From the human T2T-CHM13v2.0 reference genome, Homo sapiens, in the NCBI RefSeq assembly GCF_009914755.1, contig NC_060928.1: a stretch of 64,000 nucleotides of DNA; one strand, written 5' to 3'. The translations under genes were made by a program, and so were the position numbers. Below are positions 59,629 to 64,000 of this stretch, in pieces. Under the pieces are notes generated by a model, which made no database searches, was not told the origin of the DNA, and saw only the letters and a program-made list of their open reading frames with translations. How positions within the stretch are numbered: position 1 is the stretch's first letter; each line of letters opens with the position of its first letter.

Positions 59629-60129
59629 GTATGCTTTAGAAATCTCCCAGTGACCCCAAGGTCATGGATAGAATGAAGACTCATGATTCTGTATTTAGTT
59701 AATGCATATTTAAGATATTCTGTATTTAGTTATTACATATTTAAGTTATATAACTTTTGATTATAGATGTGGTTATGGATTTATGGTAGTATTTTTTGTT
59801 ACAAAAACCCATGGATTTTCTTTTTCCTTTATGATACATGGTTGTGGAGGATACTGTAAGTATTTTCCCTAAGTTTTTATAGTAATGGGCTGTAATTTCA
59901 TTCACCAAATAGTTTAGGGATTATTCATGTATTACTCTGTAATTATCTTTTACATCATAGACTAGTTCTCTACAGAACTGTCATTTTATGGTAGCCTGTA
60001 CAGGAAATAGTTGGATGAAGTCTTCAGTTGGGTTACTAATTTGATCAAACAAAACAATTTTTATTTGGGCCATTTAGTACAGTTTTTTTCTTTTCCAAAG
60101 AATTTTCACTTAAAGGATAATGAGTTATT

Positions 60130-61916
<1,787 letters not shown>

Positions 61917-62409
61917 GGAAGTCTTTATAACTTTGTGGTTAAGAGCTTACTTAGATCCTGGGGTCACCTCACCTGCATTTCAAATCTAATCCTTCCCTTA
62001 TTATTGTGACAAGTTCTAAGAGTGACTTGAAGAAACCCATAAATTTATATATTAGAAAAATAAGCATATTGTTATATAATTATATAATATGATTTATATA
62101 TAGATAATTATATATATACACACAGTGCAGGTTTGGGCATGTAGGAAGCCAGTGTCAGATTAAGTGTTGATGATTATTAAATGCCAGATTAGATTTTTTT
62201 TTGTAGAGGGTACGCTATTACATTTTTCTTACCCTGACTGAGTCTTGTACTCTTCTATGCTATTCCTAGAGTAAAATAAGCCATCACTATTTGACTGATG
62301 TTTTCAATTTTTTGGGCTTTTTCTCATCAGTGAAAGAAGGTGGCCACTGGAGTCTGCTACTTTATCCATGATCATCTTATCCTGCTGGGGTGATGTGTGT
62401 GTTTTCTAA

Positions 62410-63195
62410 AGCTGTGTTTTTCAAATTGCAGGCTTCAGCACATTCATGAGTGGGTCAAGAAATAAATTCAGTGGGTTATGACCAGCATTAAAGCATGTAT
62501 TAGCATAGAAAATAAAATATCAGTGCATTGAATATAGAAAAGAATGTATTTCTTGAAACTTCTGTTTAGTTTTATCAAAAGATTGAAATAAAATATATCC
62601 ACATTTATGTGGATATTGTTTAGTTCCACTAAGTGTATGTTTCCCTTAGTCATAGACATCCTTTAAAAGTGGTATTAGTTTTATATTATTTTGCCTTCTG
62701 AGAGGAAGTGACCAGCATAAGTTTCAGTATGCTTTCTAATGGTATGCCATATCCTCTACATTACTTTCAAGGGTCCTCCTACCATCTTTTACTTTTATTT
62801 TTTGAAGTAAAGGTTGTTAGAGAGTATCTAAGGAATAGAGAGTAGAAGAACATAGCAGCAGTGGCTTTTGAGTAACATTAACCAAGGCTGTTTTATTAAG
62901 TAGAGTGATGTAGTATCTTGCCCCTTGGCATGTATTGTGATGGTTATCAACTCATAGATCAGTGGTTTTCAAACTGCCAGTGGTAGCACACTCTGGAATC
63001 AATTTAGCAAGTTGCTGCCTCCCGTGAACCCCCTACCCCCTAATGAAACAGAAAAGAACAAAATAGAAAATATTATGAATGTATCACACAATATATACCT
63101 TTCTAAAACTTCTGTGTCAGTGGCATGTGTATGTATGGGATTGCAGAGACCTAATTTCTAGTGATTATCAACTGGGAAACTATGAAACTCAGTCT
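62410..63195. mobile_element. Two degenerate hAT-Charlie-type MITE remnants (~62410-62590, ~62960-63195)
   Basis: Both begin c(t/a)gtg(t/g)ttttcaaa(t/c)tgc and share atagaaaata and aaacttctgt; family not certain. Confidence 0.45.
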
Positions 63196-63419
63196 AATAA
63201 ATTCATATTGCCAAGCTGACCTCAGCCACAAAAGCTTCAGATATTTAAGACAAATATTACCAGATCAGTAGTTTTTTTTTGTTTTATTTTGTTTTGTTTT
63301 GTTTATCTCTGATGGTAGAGAACAGTTAGTTTGCTATAAAACTTTGGTTTTGTTTTTTTGTTGCTATATTGTTTTGTGATGTGTATGTGTTTGTTTGCCC
63401 TGGTAAATATATATGTGTA

Positions 63420-64000
63420 TTTATTTTTATTTATTTTTTTGAGACCAAGTCTTGCTCTGTCACCCAGGCTGGAGGACAGTGACATGATCTCAGCTCTACT
63501 GCAACCTCCGCCTCCTGGATTCAAGTGATTCTTCTGCCCCAGCCTCCTGAGTAGCTGGGACTACAGGCGCGTGCCATCATGCCTAATTTTTTGTATTTTT
63601 AGTAGAGACGGGGTTTCACCGTGTTAGCCAGGATGGCCTCAATCTCCTGAAATCGTGATCTGCCTGCCTCGGCTTCCCAAAGTGCTGGGATTACAGGCAT
63701 GAGCCACCGCCCCCAGTCTGTCTTGGTAAATATTTAAAGGTTCATACATAGGAAATTTACAATACATCCTAGTTGTGGAAGGATTTACCCTTGCTTTGCA
63801 TTGATGTAAGAGACTCATGCAGTTTAAAAAAAAATACAAATAGGCCGGGCGTCGTGTTTCACGCCTGTAATCCCAGCACTTTGGGAGTCCGAGGCAGGTG
63901 GATCACAAGGTCACCAGTTTGAGACCAGCCTGGCCAATATGGTGAAACCTCATCTCTACTAAAAATACAAAAATTAGCCAGGCATGGTGGCAGGCGCCTG
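63420..64000. mobile_element. Divergent Alu pair: minus ~63420-63717, plus ~63843-end
   Basis: Alu text in opposite orientations ~125 bp apart. Confidence 0.9.

Overview
Human (primate) genomic DNA covering the 5' region of RBPJ (CSL/CBF1, the Notch effector) on the + strand. I recognise it from four short alternative N-terminal coding exons ([38 protein letters not shown]), each ending in a phase-2 GT donor; the shared downstream exons (KFGERPPPK...) lie beyond the window. A CpG-island promoter spans ~16.1-19.2 kb. The rest is repeat-rich intronic/upstream DNA: roughly 55-60 Alus, L1M, L2, MIR, solo LTRs (MSTA, MER11, LTR9/MER61-like, MLT1A) and DNA transposon remnants (MER8, MER5A, MER85). 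The supplied ORFs look like artefacts of Alus, low-complexity DNA or GC-rich DNA. The most unusual items are a TSD-flanked, poly(A)-tailed CpG-rich retrocopy forming an intronic mini CpG island ~2.65 kb upstream of the MAWIKR exon, a ~2.9-kb poly(A)-ended segment flanked by ~169-bp direct repeats, a uORF/stop-laden alternative start exon, an overlapping NF-kB/RBPJ site in the RBPJ promoter, a perfect 20-bp hairpin, and a MER85 with the CSB-PGBD3 palindrome. Repeat subfamily names and repeat edges are from recalled consensus features and are approximate.
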